From the NCBI GenBank assembly GCA_002011035.2, contig MTLY02000003.1, forward strand, positions 288,001-352,000: 64,000 nucleotides of DNA, read 5' to 3'. The stretch comes from Candidatus Hecatella orcuttiae (lineage in GTDB: Archaea > Thermoproteota > Bathyarchaeia > Hecatellales > Hecatellaceae). Every line of letters begins with the position of its first letter. The stretch's first letter is position 1. Shown here one piece after another: positions 9,317 to 18,319 of the stretch. A program made the translations under genes and the position numbers. The notes below the pieces were generated by a model that did not search any database, was not told the origin of the DNA, and saw only the letters and a program-made list of their open reading frames with translations.

Positions 9317-10120
9317 CTACATGGGTTTTGGCTTTTCGAAGAAGTTTATCTGAAATTCGCAGTAGGGGTCGCCTTTGGCTTCGCAGAGGCTTTCTTTCCC
9401 ATGGCAGACCATGTCAGGTTCTAGATGTTGAAGCAATCCGGCCCAAAAACCGCGTTGGAAGTCGCAAGCAGGCTCCGTGGACTTTCGCTCGACGCTTTCA
9501 AAACTGCCACGGAGGCGGATGACAGCTTTTTTCTTAGGTTCGAAGGAGGCTGTCTCAATTTTATTTGCCCATCCCGAACTTGTGGTGGCTTCCACCACCT
9601 TGTTGAACAACTCCTTTCCTGCGAAGCCTTTCTCCGCCACCTTTTTGGCGAAGATGCCTCCCGCCTCCTTCCCCGCTCGGTAGAGCATGAGGGAAACTGC
9701 CCTCGGCTGGTACATTCGCTCAAGCCCTTCCCGAAGTCCGCGGAATATTCCCAAATCCAGACTGATATGCCTGAAGGCCCTGCTCAACGATGAACGCTCC
9801 CGCCATAGCATGGCAATCAAGCTTAGGGCGATCACCGTCAAGAGTATTTTGGGGCCAATCCATATTTTCAAAACTCCCGGATACCATCGGGCTGGGAGAA
9901 CCGCAGCCTGACCCGGATTGGTTGCCACGGTTAAGAAAAAATAGATTTCCTGCACCGTCAGAAAAAGGGATGCCATAACCATGAAAAGAAAGGGGCTTCT
10001 CAATTCCCCAGTGGAAACTTTAAACTGTTTGACGAAGTATCCGAATAAACCAGCCCACAAGCAAATGTTCAAAATGTAAACCGCTAAAACAAAAAACCAA
10101 TAACTCAATCTACTGACCAA
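9317..10120 (-). CDS. Membrane sensor with about 3 TM and a C-terminal V4R domain
   Basis: Hydrophobic N-terminus; V4R motifs PACDFQRGFWAG and ESLCEAKGDPYCEF. Confidence 0.8.
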   Translation of the reverse strand: MVSRLSYWFFVLAVYILNICLWAGLFGYFVKQFKVSTGELRSPFLFMVMASLFLTVQEIYFFLTVATNPGQAAVLPARWYPGVLKIWIGPKILLTVIALSLIAMLWRERSSLSRAFRHISLDLGIFRGLREGLERMYQPRAVSLMLYRAGKEAGGIFAKKVAEKGFAGKELFNKVVEATTSSGWANKIETASFEPKKKAVIRLRGSFESVERKSTEPACDFQRGFWAGLLQHLEPDMVCHGKESLCEAKGDPYCEFQINFFEKPKPM

Positions 10121-10272
10121 TAATCTTTTCCTAGAAAGAAATTTAAACTTTGCCTAAAAAACAGATTACGGCGCCTCACGCCTACACTCCTTCCAGTTGA
10201 AAGGTTTTAGCGCGGGAGCGTCAAAACTAAAAAGGTTGAACCTAAAACCTGTTTAGGGAGGGCCGTCCCCTC

Positions 10273-10293
10273 GGGGCCGTGGGCTAGCCTGGT
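10273..10293 (+). repeat. attL: 21-bp copy of the tRNA-Pro 5' end
   Basis: Identical to 23078-23098 and diverges immediately afterwards. Confidence 0.92.
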
Positions 10294-10362
10294 TTAACTT
10301 ACGATGTTACCGTAGCATAAACTTTATTAGAGAGGTTTGCGAAGAGTATTTTTTGAGGAGAA

Positions 10363-11685
10363 GTGTCCAGGGTAAGAGATTCTAAGGGGCGTTTTCTGAG
10401 GCAGGAGCACAGCTATTCCGCGTTGATGGGCTACCCTCAGGTGCGAAATTGGATAGACAATTACAGGAGCAAGGAGACCCGGGAAGCCTACATGCGCTGT
10501 TTGGAGACGGTGGTCAAGGAGACGGGGCTGTCCCCTGGCAGGTTGGTTAAGCTTCCAGTAGACAGGGCTAGGCACGCGGTCATGGGGGTGGTTCGGAAGC
10601 TTGTGCAGGATGGTAAGCTTACCATGGCCAAGCAGATTCAGATAGCCTTGAAGGGTTTCTTTGAGGCCAACGACAAGGAGCTTAAATTCAAGAGGGCGGA
10701 GCAGGTGAAGAGGGTTTCCAAGAAAGTTCATGCCCAAATCACCCCCACCCAGGAGGAAATCTACCGGATGGTCGACGCCCTGCCGGAGAAGAGGAACAAG
10801 GCCATTATACTGTGTCTTTTCCAGAGCGGTGTCCGGGTGGGCTGCCTCTGCCGGTGGACCTATGGACTGGTCAAAGACCAACTTTACCCTGAAATAAAGG
10901 TCCCCACGGTCTTGAAGATCACCAACGAAATCGACACCAAACTAAGCGGCTACGGGCTCCCCTACTATTACACTTTCCTCCAAGCTGAAGCAGCCCAAGC
11001 CTTGAGAGACTACTTGGATGAGCGAAAAGCCAAGGAGGGAGAGCTTAAGCCGGAGGACCCTGTTTTCGCCCCCCTGACAAGCAAGGCTACCAAGGAGGGC
11101 ATCGACGAGGTTAGAGTTTTAGAAGTGGTGAAGAGGGCGGCGAAAAGCATAGGCCTAGACCCCCGAGGCGTTTGGACCCACACCCTCCGAAAAAGCTTCA
11201 GGAAGGTCCTCTACGCCGCCAACATCGAAGACGACATGGCTGAAGCCCTGATGGGCCACAAGCTCCGGGGGTCGAAGGAAAGCTACTTCGACAAGAAAGA
11301 CCTGAGAGAGATTGCGGCCAACTACATGAGGGCTAACTTTTCAAGGGCCACCGTGCAGGTTACAGAGGAAGCATGGAAGGAAATCCGACGTCAACAGCTA
11401 CGCCGCGACATGAAGGAGCTTTACGGCGTCGACTTAGAGGAGCTTCTACGCCCCAAGATTGCGAAGATGAAAAGGCCGCTCACCATAGACGAGGAACTGG
11501 AGACCCTTGAATCCAAAGTTCGAGAGCTGTGGGGTATGAAACTGGCCAAGAAGCAAGAACCCAACGGCAGCGGCTTGGAACACCGCATAGTCCGCGAGGT
11601 GGAACTAGTCGACCTCCTGAACCAAGGCTGGGAAATGGTTAAGGAGCTAAGAGACGGCAGGATCCTAGTGAGAAAATCCGCCTAA
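10363..11685 (+). CDS. Tyrosine recombinase / integrase
   Basis: SGVRVG (R), HTLRKSF (HxxR), LMGH, SY catalytic Tyr; intact, not split by att. Confidence 0.92.
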   Translation: MSRVRDSKGRFLRQEHSYSALMGYPQVRNWIDNYRSKETREAYMRCLETVVKETGLSPGRLVKLPVDRARHAVMGVVRKLVQDGKLTMAKQIQIALKGFFEANDKELKFKRAEQVKRVSKKVHAQITPTQEEIYRMVDALPEKRNKAIILCLFQSGVRVGCLCRWTYGLVKDQLYPEIKVPTVLKITNEIDTKLSGYGLPYYYTFLQAEAAQALRDYLDERKAKEGELKPEDPVFAPLTSKATKEGIDEVRVLEVVKRAAKSIGLDPRGVWTHTLRKSFRKVLYAANIEDDMAEALMGHKLRGSKESYFDKKDLREIAANYMRANFSRATVQVTEEAWKEIRRQQLRRDMKELYGVDLEELLRPKIAKMKRPLTIDEELETLESKVRELWGMKLAKKQEPNGSGLEHRIVREVELVDLLNQGWEMVKELRDGRILVRKSA

Positions 11686-11969
11686 TATTTAGGAGGGACT
11701 TTTCCCCCAACGATGGTCTCTATCTCTCTTTTCCGTTCTTTATTGAGCAGAAACATGTCCTCATGGGGCTTCTTGTACCTTTGAAGTAAACCCTCCTTAG
11801 CGAGTTTTTCCACCTCATCCTTATACCAGCTGGTAGGGTAACATTTAGGCAAACCTTTCGGAATGTCGGTTTCCGCTATGTAGTTTCTACCCCAATTCCT
11901 ACCCATGACCAGCTTCTCGATGATGAGCCTTCTGATCTCCTTTCGTTCATCCTCGGAGGGTTTTCTCAT
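11682..11969 (-). CDS. Hypothetical protein, probable winged-helix fold
   Basis: 95-aa ORF from ATG 11969, divergent from the wHTH regulator. Confidence 0.6.
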   Translation of the reverse strand: MRKPSEDERKEIRRLIIEKLVMGRNWGRNYIAETDIPKGLPKCYPTSWYKDEVEKLAKEGLLQRYKKPHEDMFLLNKERKREIETIVGGKVPPKY

Positions 11970-12060
11970 AAAGTACTTTACCTTAAAGTAATATTTAAAG
12001 GTATTTTCAGTAATGCTTATATAGCCAACCACCAACTAACTAACATGAAGGTACCCGGCT

Positions 12061-12369
12061 ATGGAAAGGAAACCTGTGATAGAAGGAACGTTCAGCCGCC
12101 TCTTCGAAACACCCTTAGGCCGGGTGCTGGACGTGCTCATTCTCCACCGCGGCTACGACCTCTCCCTCAAAGAATTAGCCAACTATGCGGGCATTTCCCC
12201 GAAAACTCTCTGGAAGACCATGGCCAAACTCGAAAGCCTAGGCATCGTCAAACATACCCGCCGAATCGGCAACGCGAAAATGATCACCTTTAACCAAGAC
12301 TCTAACCCCCTAGGAGAACATCTTATCGCCCTAGAATATAGTATACCCCTCAAAGAAATGGAAAGTTAA
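12061..12369 (+). CDS. Winged-helix transcriptional regulator
   Basis: LSLKELANYAGISPKTLWKTMAKLESLGIV HTH plus wing. Confidence 0.8.
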   Translation: MERKPVIEGTFSRLFETPLGRVLDVLILHRGYDLSLKELANYAGISPKTLWKTMAKLESLGIVKHTRRIGNAKMITFNQDSNPLGEHLIALEYSIPLKEMES

Positions 12370-12600
12370 ACCTTCTCCGATACGCAAGTTATAAAGCTGA
12401 ATCTGCATTTCCCCGGAGCCTTCAAGCATATCACCTACTCCCCGGAATGGAAAAAGCCGGCGTTCACCAGCTAGTGCCTATCAATCCCCCAAATACCCTC
12501 TGTTAGGCACTGGAAAACCCCTACGTGGTGACTGTGGAGGTCTGAAACGGTGAAACCCATAAAATCAAGGAAATGTAGGAAACTAAACTAGATGGTTCGC

Positions 12601-13014
12601 TTACCTCAATTGTTTGATGGCTTTATCTATGATTTCAATTGCTTCTTTGAACCTTTTCTTGTTGAAATCCAACATGGATATGCCCATCGGGGGGTCTGGA
12701 CTATGAGAAAGTCCATGAATTGTCTCATCGTACGTATTCCTAATGATTCTATAAGTCTTTGCATCTAACTTCCGAACAAGGTCCGGTGTCAAATATGAAT
12801 AGATCTCCCTATGATAGTTGCGACCGCCGGTAAACCCGCTTTCTAAGTCTGAGGCTATGTCGCTTCTAATAATCTCAAGTTCTTCCCTTATACGTCGCTT
12901 TAATTCGGTTTTTTCATATTTTTGTACCCAAGAATAATGAGCTATGGAAGCCAAAAATCCGATAACTATGCCTAGACTTATCGAAAGGAGAGATGCCCAA
13001 AGAATTTCCATCAA
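12601..13014 (-). CDS. Hypothetical protein with N-terminal membrane anchor
   Basis: One N-terminal TM followed by a helical soluble part; AT-rich relative to flanks. Confidence 0.65.
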   Translation of the reverse strand: MMEILWASLLSISLGIVIGFLASIAHYSWVQKYEKTELKRRIREELEIIRSDIASDLESGFTGGRNYHREIYSYLTPDLVRKLDAKTYRIIRNTYDETIHGLSHSPDPPMGISMLDFNKKRFKEAIEIIDKAIKQLR

Positions 13015-13112
13015 TTTAGGTTACCAACTATATATAGTGCTCTATCTTGTTTAGGCTTTTTTCATGTCTTTACGTTTATTAAAGGGTTTTTCCTTAAACT
13101 TCTCGAGAAAAA

Positions 13113-13241
13113 ATGGAAAAACCTGATAGATGCCCAAAATGCGGAAAAGTCCGTAAAGGATACGTATTCCCTGCTGGACCTCAACCACCCCAAAACGTCG
13201 AATATTGCGATTGCGAACCCGAGCCACCCTATGCTAAGTAG
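13113..13241 (+). CDS. Small CPxCG zinc-finger protein (42 aa, below the ORF track cutoff)
   Basis: Manual translation MEKPDRCPKCGKVRKGYVFPAGPQPPQNVEYCDCEPEPPYAK. Confidence 0.5.
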   Translation: MEKPDRCPKCGKVRKGYVFPAGPQPPQNVEYCDCEPEPPYAK

Positions 13242-13364
13242 GCTTTCTCAAAAGTTGTGTCCATCCTTGTTCAATGCTGACCAAATTTTTGGACCGCATT
13301 CAAAGCAAAGGATGTTGAGAGGGGACCCTAGCCAAAAATTTGGCGAGGGTAAAGCTGTTGAGGT

Positions 13365-13523
13365 TTAGAGTTTTTTAACCAGCATATCCCCGTCGGTAAC
13401 GGTTACACCCAACAAGTCGCCTTCTTTTATCTCTAGGGCCTCCACCACTTCTTTTGGGATGGTCATTCGTAGGCTGTTCCCTATTCTTGTAACCTTGACC
13501 TTTAACATTATTGGCATGCTCAT
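13365..13523 (-). CDS. AbrB/MazE/SpoVT-family DNA-binding protein (52 aa)
   Basis: Manual translation MSMPIMLKVKVTRIGNSLRMTIPKEVVEALEIKEGDLLGVTVTDGDMLVKKL. Confidence 0.85.
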   Translation of the reverse strand: MSMPIMLKVKVTRIGNSLRMTIPKEVVEALEIKEGDLLGVTVTDGDMLVKKL

Positions 13524-13631
13524 AAGTTATACAAGGGTTATACTTAAATATAAGTGTATCCCTAATTATAATTGCGGATATACTCCGTATAACAAGAGAG
13601 ATGGGTAAAAGTATGGGGGTGAGAAAAAGGG

Positions 13632-13886
13632 TTGCCTAAGAAAAACTATGTGCAAAGAAAATTCCTGAACCCAATTGACCTGCACGTCTCCGTTCCCGGA
13701 GGCCTCTGGGAGGAACTCAAACGCCTGTTCTACGACCCCAGCTTCCACGTGGATGACAGCCATTTCTTAACGAGGATTCTGGAGGAATACCGCGACTACA
13801 AGTGGCCAAGAAAAGCCCTCTTAAATTTGGTTGAGTTGCACCGTGAAGAACTTGGCAAAGAAAAGGGGGTGAGCAAAGGGCCTTGA
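13632..13886 (+). CDS. Hypothetical protein, possible ribbon-helix-helix
   Basis: LHVSVPGGLWEELKR..SHFLTRILEEY; SD gggggtg upstream of the TTG. Confidence 0.55.
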   Translation: MPKKNYVQRKFLNPIDLHVSVPGGLWEELKRLFYDPSFHVDDSHFLTRILEEYRDYKWPRKALLNLVELHREELGKEKGVSKGP

Positions 13887-14056
13887 ACGACTATGTATTA
13901 GGCGCTCTAGAAACCTTGGCTTGGGTTCGAAAACAGATAGAAGCTGGGAGGAAGCCCGCGGAGCTTAAAGCCGAAATCAACAGCCTTCTCAAAGAGATCC
14001 TAGACAACGCGGCATTGCACGCTCTAGGCAAGGTTAAAGCCCAAGCCACCATCTAA
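13883..14056 (+). CDS. Small helical hypothetical protein (57 aa)
   Basis: Manual translation MNDYVLGALETLAWVRKQIEAGRKPAELKAEINSLLKEILDNAALHALGKVKAQATI; TTG overlaps the upstream stop; SD gggggtg. Confidence 0.6.
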   Translation: MNDYVLGALETLAWVRKQIEAGRKPAELKAEINSLLKEILDNAALHALGKVKAQATI

Positions 14057-14380
14057 AACCTCCCTCTACCCTATTTTTTTAGAAAATTTATGTCTAAAAT
14101 TTTAGTCAAATACTCGAGAAAATTTTAAAATTTTCGATCAGAAGTTTAAAATCGATGAAGTTCCCTATCTTTACTAACTACGTAATGAGGGTGATCGCGG
14201 ACTTGTACTCCGGTTGGATCGGGCATGGGCGGCCCAATAATTTCATTCCGCGATCCGTATGAGTGAAAGGACTGTCCTCCGAAAGCTTTTTTCCTTTGTT
14301 CACTCGAGCTTAAGGACTTTTCAAAATCCCAAACTTTTAGAGGGGGGTCGAGACGGCTGAACAGAAAAGATTGTGCATCT

Positions 14381-14650
14381 TTGATTTTAGAAGTACTCAA
14401 AAAGGCTGAGAGGCCGCTAGACGTAAAGAAAATTCAAGAACTAGCCGGCATCGCCCATTGGTCAGTTGCCTTGAACCACTTATTACAGTTGCTAATTGAG
14501 GGCCAAATAGCCGGCTTCAAGACCAGCAAATCATGGATATTCTTTCTCCCGGAGAACCTTCCTAAAACTCTTCTTGAGGAGAAACTCCAACCCAAAAACA
14601 CGCTTGGGGGGACTGTATACGGCTTGAGAGAGGTGAAAGGTGAATCATGA
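14381..14650 (+). CDS. Winged-helix DNA-binding protein
   Basis: ILEVLKKAERPLDVKKIQELAGIAHWSVALNHLLQLLIEGQI..SWIF. Confidence 0.65.
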   Translation: MILEVLKKAERPLDVKKIQELAGIAHWSVALNHLLQLLIEGQIAGFKTSKSWIFFLPENLPKTLLEEKLQPKNTLGGTVYGLREVKGES

Positions 14651-15528
14651 GCGAAAAGACCCCCACACCCTCTCCACGAGAGGATGTTTTCGCCATCATG
14701 GAGAGGAAGGACGAGGACCAGATTATTGCGGAACTGAAGGGGGCCTACCTGGATGAATTCGTCTACTCGTTCGAGCATGGTGATCGTCGTGTAGTTGGGC
14801 TTTCATGGTCAGGGGTAAAGGAGATAGCGTGGCGGCTGGGTTCAATCAGCGTAGACGACCTAACCGTTGAGGATAAGGGTGATTTTTGGCTAGCCAAATG
14901 CTCTGCGACTGACCACGTGAGAGGGAACCGGCGTTGGGGAGCCGCGGTCCAACCCAAAAAAATCGGCGACAAAGAAGACGTGTTTGCCCTCCCTAAGGCT
15001 GTTTCCAAAGCTCAACGAAATGCTATCAGAGCGGTCATCCCCGAGGCTATGATTAAGACATTCATAGACCGGTTTCTCGAAGAGAGCCGAACCAAGCAAC
15101 CATCTCCTACCCCTTCCGCAGAGGTTAAAACCGCCGCTGAAAAATCGTTGGCAGCCAATAATTTGGGCGAAATAACAGAGCTTAAAGCAAATGATGTTCC
15201 GCTGGCCATCTTAACCGTTAAACATGATGAAGCTTTCCTTACGCCTCAGCAGAAGTTTCATCTTTCCACGCCTCCTTGGGGCTCGTTTTTTGTAGCTAAG
15301 GTTTTGGAAGCTATGGTGGCGAAAGATGCCGAATTGGCGATGAAGGGGGAGATAGGACCGACCGATTTGTTCAGCTATAACATCGATGAAGAGGGGGGAA
15401 TTCTGCGAGAGGTGTATGTGCGAAACTGGAGAACAAAGGAAAGGCTTTCTCAGATTAAGAACGCAGCACGATGGACCCTAAGTAAAATGCTGGAGCGGAG
15501 TAAAACGCCGCAGGCTGGGGGCTCCTAG
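14647..15528 (+). CDS. Putative Rad52-superfamily single-strand annealing protein
   Basis: GLSWSGVKEIA..beta strands..PKAVSKAQRNAIR annealase-type helix; Pro-rich linker and C-terminal domain. Confidence 0.55.
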   Translation: MSEKTPTPSPREDVFAIMERKDEDQIIAELKGAYLDEFVYSFEHGDRRVVGLSWSGVKEIAWRLGSISVDDLTVEDKGDFWLAKCSATDHVRGNRRWGAAVQPKKIGDKEDVFALPKAVSKAQRNAIRAVIPEAMIKTFIDRFLEESRTKQPSPTPSAEVKTAAEKSLAANNLGEITELKANDVPLAILTVKHDEAFLTPQQKFHLSTPPWGSFFVAKVLEAMVAKDAELAMKGEIGPTDLFSYNIDEEGGILREVYVRNWRTKERLSQIKNAARWTLSKMLERSKTPQAGGS

Positions 15529-15529
15529 C

Positions 15530-16417
15530 ATGGAGTATGAGAGCATCGTAAGTTGGACGCGGGGTATCATAAGCCAGTATTCCATGGCCCTCACTTTGCG
15601 GCAGATCTACTACCGGTTGATTAGCCAACATCCCAGCATCCCCAACACGAAGAGCACCTATAACATGCTCAGCAAAATCTTGGTTAAAGCCAGGGAGCGG
15701 GGCGACATTCCTGAAGACGTCATCGAGGATCGGAGCAGGGAAACGATAGGCGGCGAAGGGTGGACATGGGACAGCCCCGACGACTTTCTTGAATACGTTA
15801 TGGAGGATTTCTCCTCCAAGTGGATGAGCTACAGTCGAAGCCTATGGGCTAGTCAACCTTGCTATGTGGAAGTTTGGGTGGAGAAAGACGCTCTTTCCCG
15901 GATAATCAGCGACGCTGTGGACGGTTTTAGGGTTAGAACTGCACCGAGCCGGGGCTATTCAAGCTTCACCTACGTGAGGGATGCGGTGAAACGGTTTGAA
16001 GGCTTACCCAACCGGTGGGTCGTAATATTGCATTTCTCGGACCATGACCCCAGCGGCTTGGATATGACAAGGGACCTTCAGGAGCGCTTTGACAGGTACG
16101 GTAACGGCCTCGAAATCCACGTGGAAAGGGTGGCCCTAACCTATGAACAAGTTCAAAAATACGGTTTGCCGCCAAACCCCACCAAGCGGGCGGACACCCG
16201 AAGCAAGGGCTACATCAGCCGATATGGGGATGGGTGCTGGGAGCTTGACGCCATAGAGCCTGACGAGCTTCAGCGGATGGTTAGAGCATCGGTGGCGAAG
16301 CACATCGTTCCCGAAGTTTGGAAGGGAGCTGTGGATAGGGAGGAGCAGGAGCGGGAACGTTTGAGGGTGAAATTTGAGGAATTCACCCGGCTTTTGAAGG
16401 GGAACGACCATGACTAG
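15530..16417 (+). CDS. Topoisomerase VI subunit A-like (Mini-A type) 5Y-CAP/TOPRIM protein
   Basis: TLRQIYYRL, VEVWVEKDAL, HFSDHDPSG, RVALT, WELDAI. Confidence 0.75.
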   Translation: MEYESIVSWTRGIISQYSMALTLRQIYYRLISQHPSIPNTKSTYNMLSKILVKARERGDIPEDVIEDRSRETIGGEGWTWDSPDDFLEYVMEDFSSKWMSYSRSLWASQPCYVEVWVEKDALSRIISDAVDGFRVRTAPSRGYSSFTYVRDAVKRFEGLPNRWVVILHFSDHDPSGLDMTRDLQERFDRYGNGLEIHVERVALTYEQVQKYGLPPNPTKRADTRSKGYISRYGDGCWELDAIEPDELQRMVRASVAKHIVPEVWKGAVDREEQERERLRVKFEEFTRLLKGNDHD

Positions 16418-17939
16418 TTTTTACTATGACCATTTTATCCCCTACGTTCAAAATAAGGTGAAGTGGGATGATCCCCTAGTTGACACCATCGCCAGGGTGG
16501 GTTTCTCCGCCTTCACCGACAATCCTTTAAACCTGTTTTTGAAGGGCCCCTCCAGTATTGGCAAGTCATATATTGTGAAGCATACCTTAGCTGCTTTCCC
16601 AAAGAAATGTAAATGGAACTTAGGGGGGATAAGTCCCAAGGCTCTAATCCACGACCCAAGGGCTGTTTTGGTCGATGAGGAGGGCAACATCCTCGAGCCC
16701 CCCACTGTTTCCAAGAAAGATGGCCCTGAAGCTTGGGAGGAATATAAAAGCAAGTTAAAACGCAGCCGGTATCTGATAGATCTTAAAAATGTTATTCTAA
16801 CTTTCCTTGAAAGCCCAAGCGAAGACACCTTCAACATGCTGAGGCCTATCCTAAGCCATGATGAAGTGGAAATAGAATACCGCATAGCCCCAAGAGGGCA
16901 AAGTGAGACTCATACCAAGAATATTGTGGTGAAAAACTGGCCTGCCATGATCTGTGCTACGACAGACAAGGATTATTTAGAGGACTTGGCCACCCGGAGC
17001 ATAACCGTAACCCCGAATGAATCCATTGAAAAATTCGCCGAAGCGCATAAAGTCACCGCGAAAAAGTATAGCATGCCCTCTTTACCCCAAGAGGACCTAG
17101 AATTTAAAGCTATCCGGGACTGGATAGCTCAAAAAATAGGTTCCGGCGTAAATGTTGTTTCCCCTCAGGCTGAAATGGTGGCTGTGTGGTTTCCCCACAA
17201 TTTAGCCCGAGACATGAGGGACTTCGACAAATACCTGAGCTTCGTAATTGGCAATTGCATCATACACGAGGAAGACAGGCCTAAGATTCGAATCAACAAG
17301 CTATGGGAGTTCACCATCACAACTTTGGATGATTTCTTGGCGATCGACCGTTTTTGGAGCCAAATTATCAAAACTACCCGGATGGGGATCTCCGCTGGGG
17401 CCATCGAACTATATGAGAAGGTCCTTATTCCCCTTAGTGAGGAAGGCATTAATCTTAACACAATAACCATACGTGAAAGGTATTCCGAAGTTTTCAAAAA
17501 ACCCATAGCTCCCTCCAACCTTTCAGGCAAACTGAAAGAGCTTCTAAATTTGAACTTGATCGAAGAGGCGACCGACGAGGCGGACCGTAGAAGAAAGCGG
17601 TATATCCTCATAGACAGTGATAAGGCTGAAAATGTTTCAAATTACTTCAGTAATCGATTGGTGGGCTTATTTGACCAAGACATCCTCAATATGTGGTTAG
17701 ATTCTCTAAAAAATTATTTCACGCAAAAAGGACTTTGTAAAGAATCATTCAACTACGAGTTCATCTACAAAGGTGATGTTATAAAAACTGAATTTTTGCT
17801 GAAATATCTTAACTCTTTCAATTTAGTTCAAAAAACCAATTCAAGCTTAGAAATTAAATCAAAAAACGAAATGAAACATTCTGAAGGAAATCTCGAAACA
17901 CTTCAAATTAAAACTTTTAGGGAGGCTGAAACTGGTTGA
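16410..17939 (+). CDS. P-loop ATPase, putative MCM/AAA+-like replicative helicase with C-terminal wHTH
   Basis: LFLKGPSSIGKS Walker A, ILTFLE, EDLATR, RDMRD. Confidence 0.65.
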   Translation: MTSFYYDHFIPYVQNKVKWDDPLVDTIARVGFSAFTDNPLNLFLKGPSSIGKSYIVKHTLAAFPKKCKWNLGGISPKALIHDPRAVLVDEEGNILEPPTVSKKDGPEAWEEYKSKLKRSRYLIDLKNVILTFLESPSEDTFNMLRPILSHDEVEIEYRIAPRGQSETHTKNIVVKNWPAMICATTDKDYLEDLATRSITVTPNESIEKFAEAHKVTAKKYSMPSLPQEDLEFKAIRDWIAQKIGSGVNVVSPQAEMVAVWFPHNLARDMRDFDKYLSFVIGNCIIHEEDRPKIRINKLWEFTITTLDDFLAIDRFWSQIIKTTRMGISAGAIELYEKVLIPLSEEGINLNTITIRERYSEVFKKPIAPSNLSGKLKELLNLNLIEEATDEADRRRKRYILIDSDKAENVSNYFSNRLVGLFDQDILNMWLDSLKNYFTQKGLCKESFNYEFIYKGDVIKTEFLLKYLNSFNLVQKTNSSLEIKSKNEMKHSEGNLETLQIKTFREAETG

Positions 17940-18067
17940 AGTGTCCCATCCTGCCAAATCACAGTACAGACATCGACGGGCGTTGCTCAAGGGAAGCCTT
18001 CTGCCGGTATGCCCGCCTCCCAGAGTGTCCGCGCCGCCGCGGCAGAGCAAGGGAGGGAAAGCCGTAG
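17936..18067 (+). CDS. Small Cys-rich basic protein (43 aa)
   Basis: Manual translation MKCPILPNHSTDIDGRCSREAFCRYARLPECPRRRGRAREGKP; TTG overlaps the upstream stop; SD ggagg. Confidence 0.45.
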   Translation: MKCPILPNHSTDIDGRCSREAFCRYARLPECPRRRGRAREGKP

Positions 18068-18106
18068 TGGCCTCCCTTTTTCATGTTCACGTTCATGGTG
18101 TAAAAG

Positions 18107-18319
18107 ATGAAGAGAAAGAAAACCCTCCAAACTGAGGAAGCGGTTCCGAGCTACGCCGCAGATGGCCCCTGGCCATTCCCTTGGGTGTCCATCAGACTGG
18201 AAAGTGAAGGCGAGGCCTTCAACATCACCCTGCACACCCTCGTTTCCGTCGACGCCATGGCAAAAAGCGTTGAGAAAATCGCCGACGAGTTGAGGAAGTT
18301 GAGGGGCTTGAAAATATGA
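18107..18319 (+). CDS. Small hypothetical protein
   Basis: 70 aa; ATGA overlap with the next gene. Confidence 0.55.
   Translation: MKRKKTLQTEEAVPSYAADGPWPFPWVSIRLESEGEAFNITLHTLVSVDAMAKSVEKIADELRKLRGLKI

Noticed and set aside
10273-10320. Split (trans-spliced) tRNA 5' half
   Set aside because: Adjacent integrase and a complete tRNA-Pro 12.8 kb away explain it as an att site; no complementary trans-splicing leader seen
12601-13014. Spindle-virus major capsid protein
   Set aside because: Only one N-terminal TM; lacks the two C-terminal hydrophobic helices
15530-16417. Wadjet JetD defence system
   Set aside because: No SMC/JetABC genes nearby; context is a replication operon
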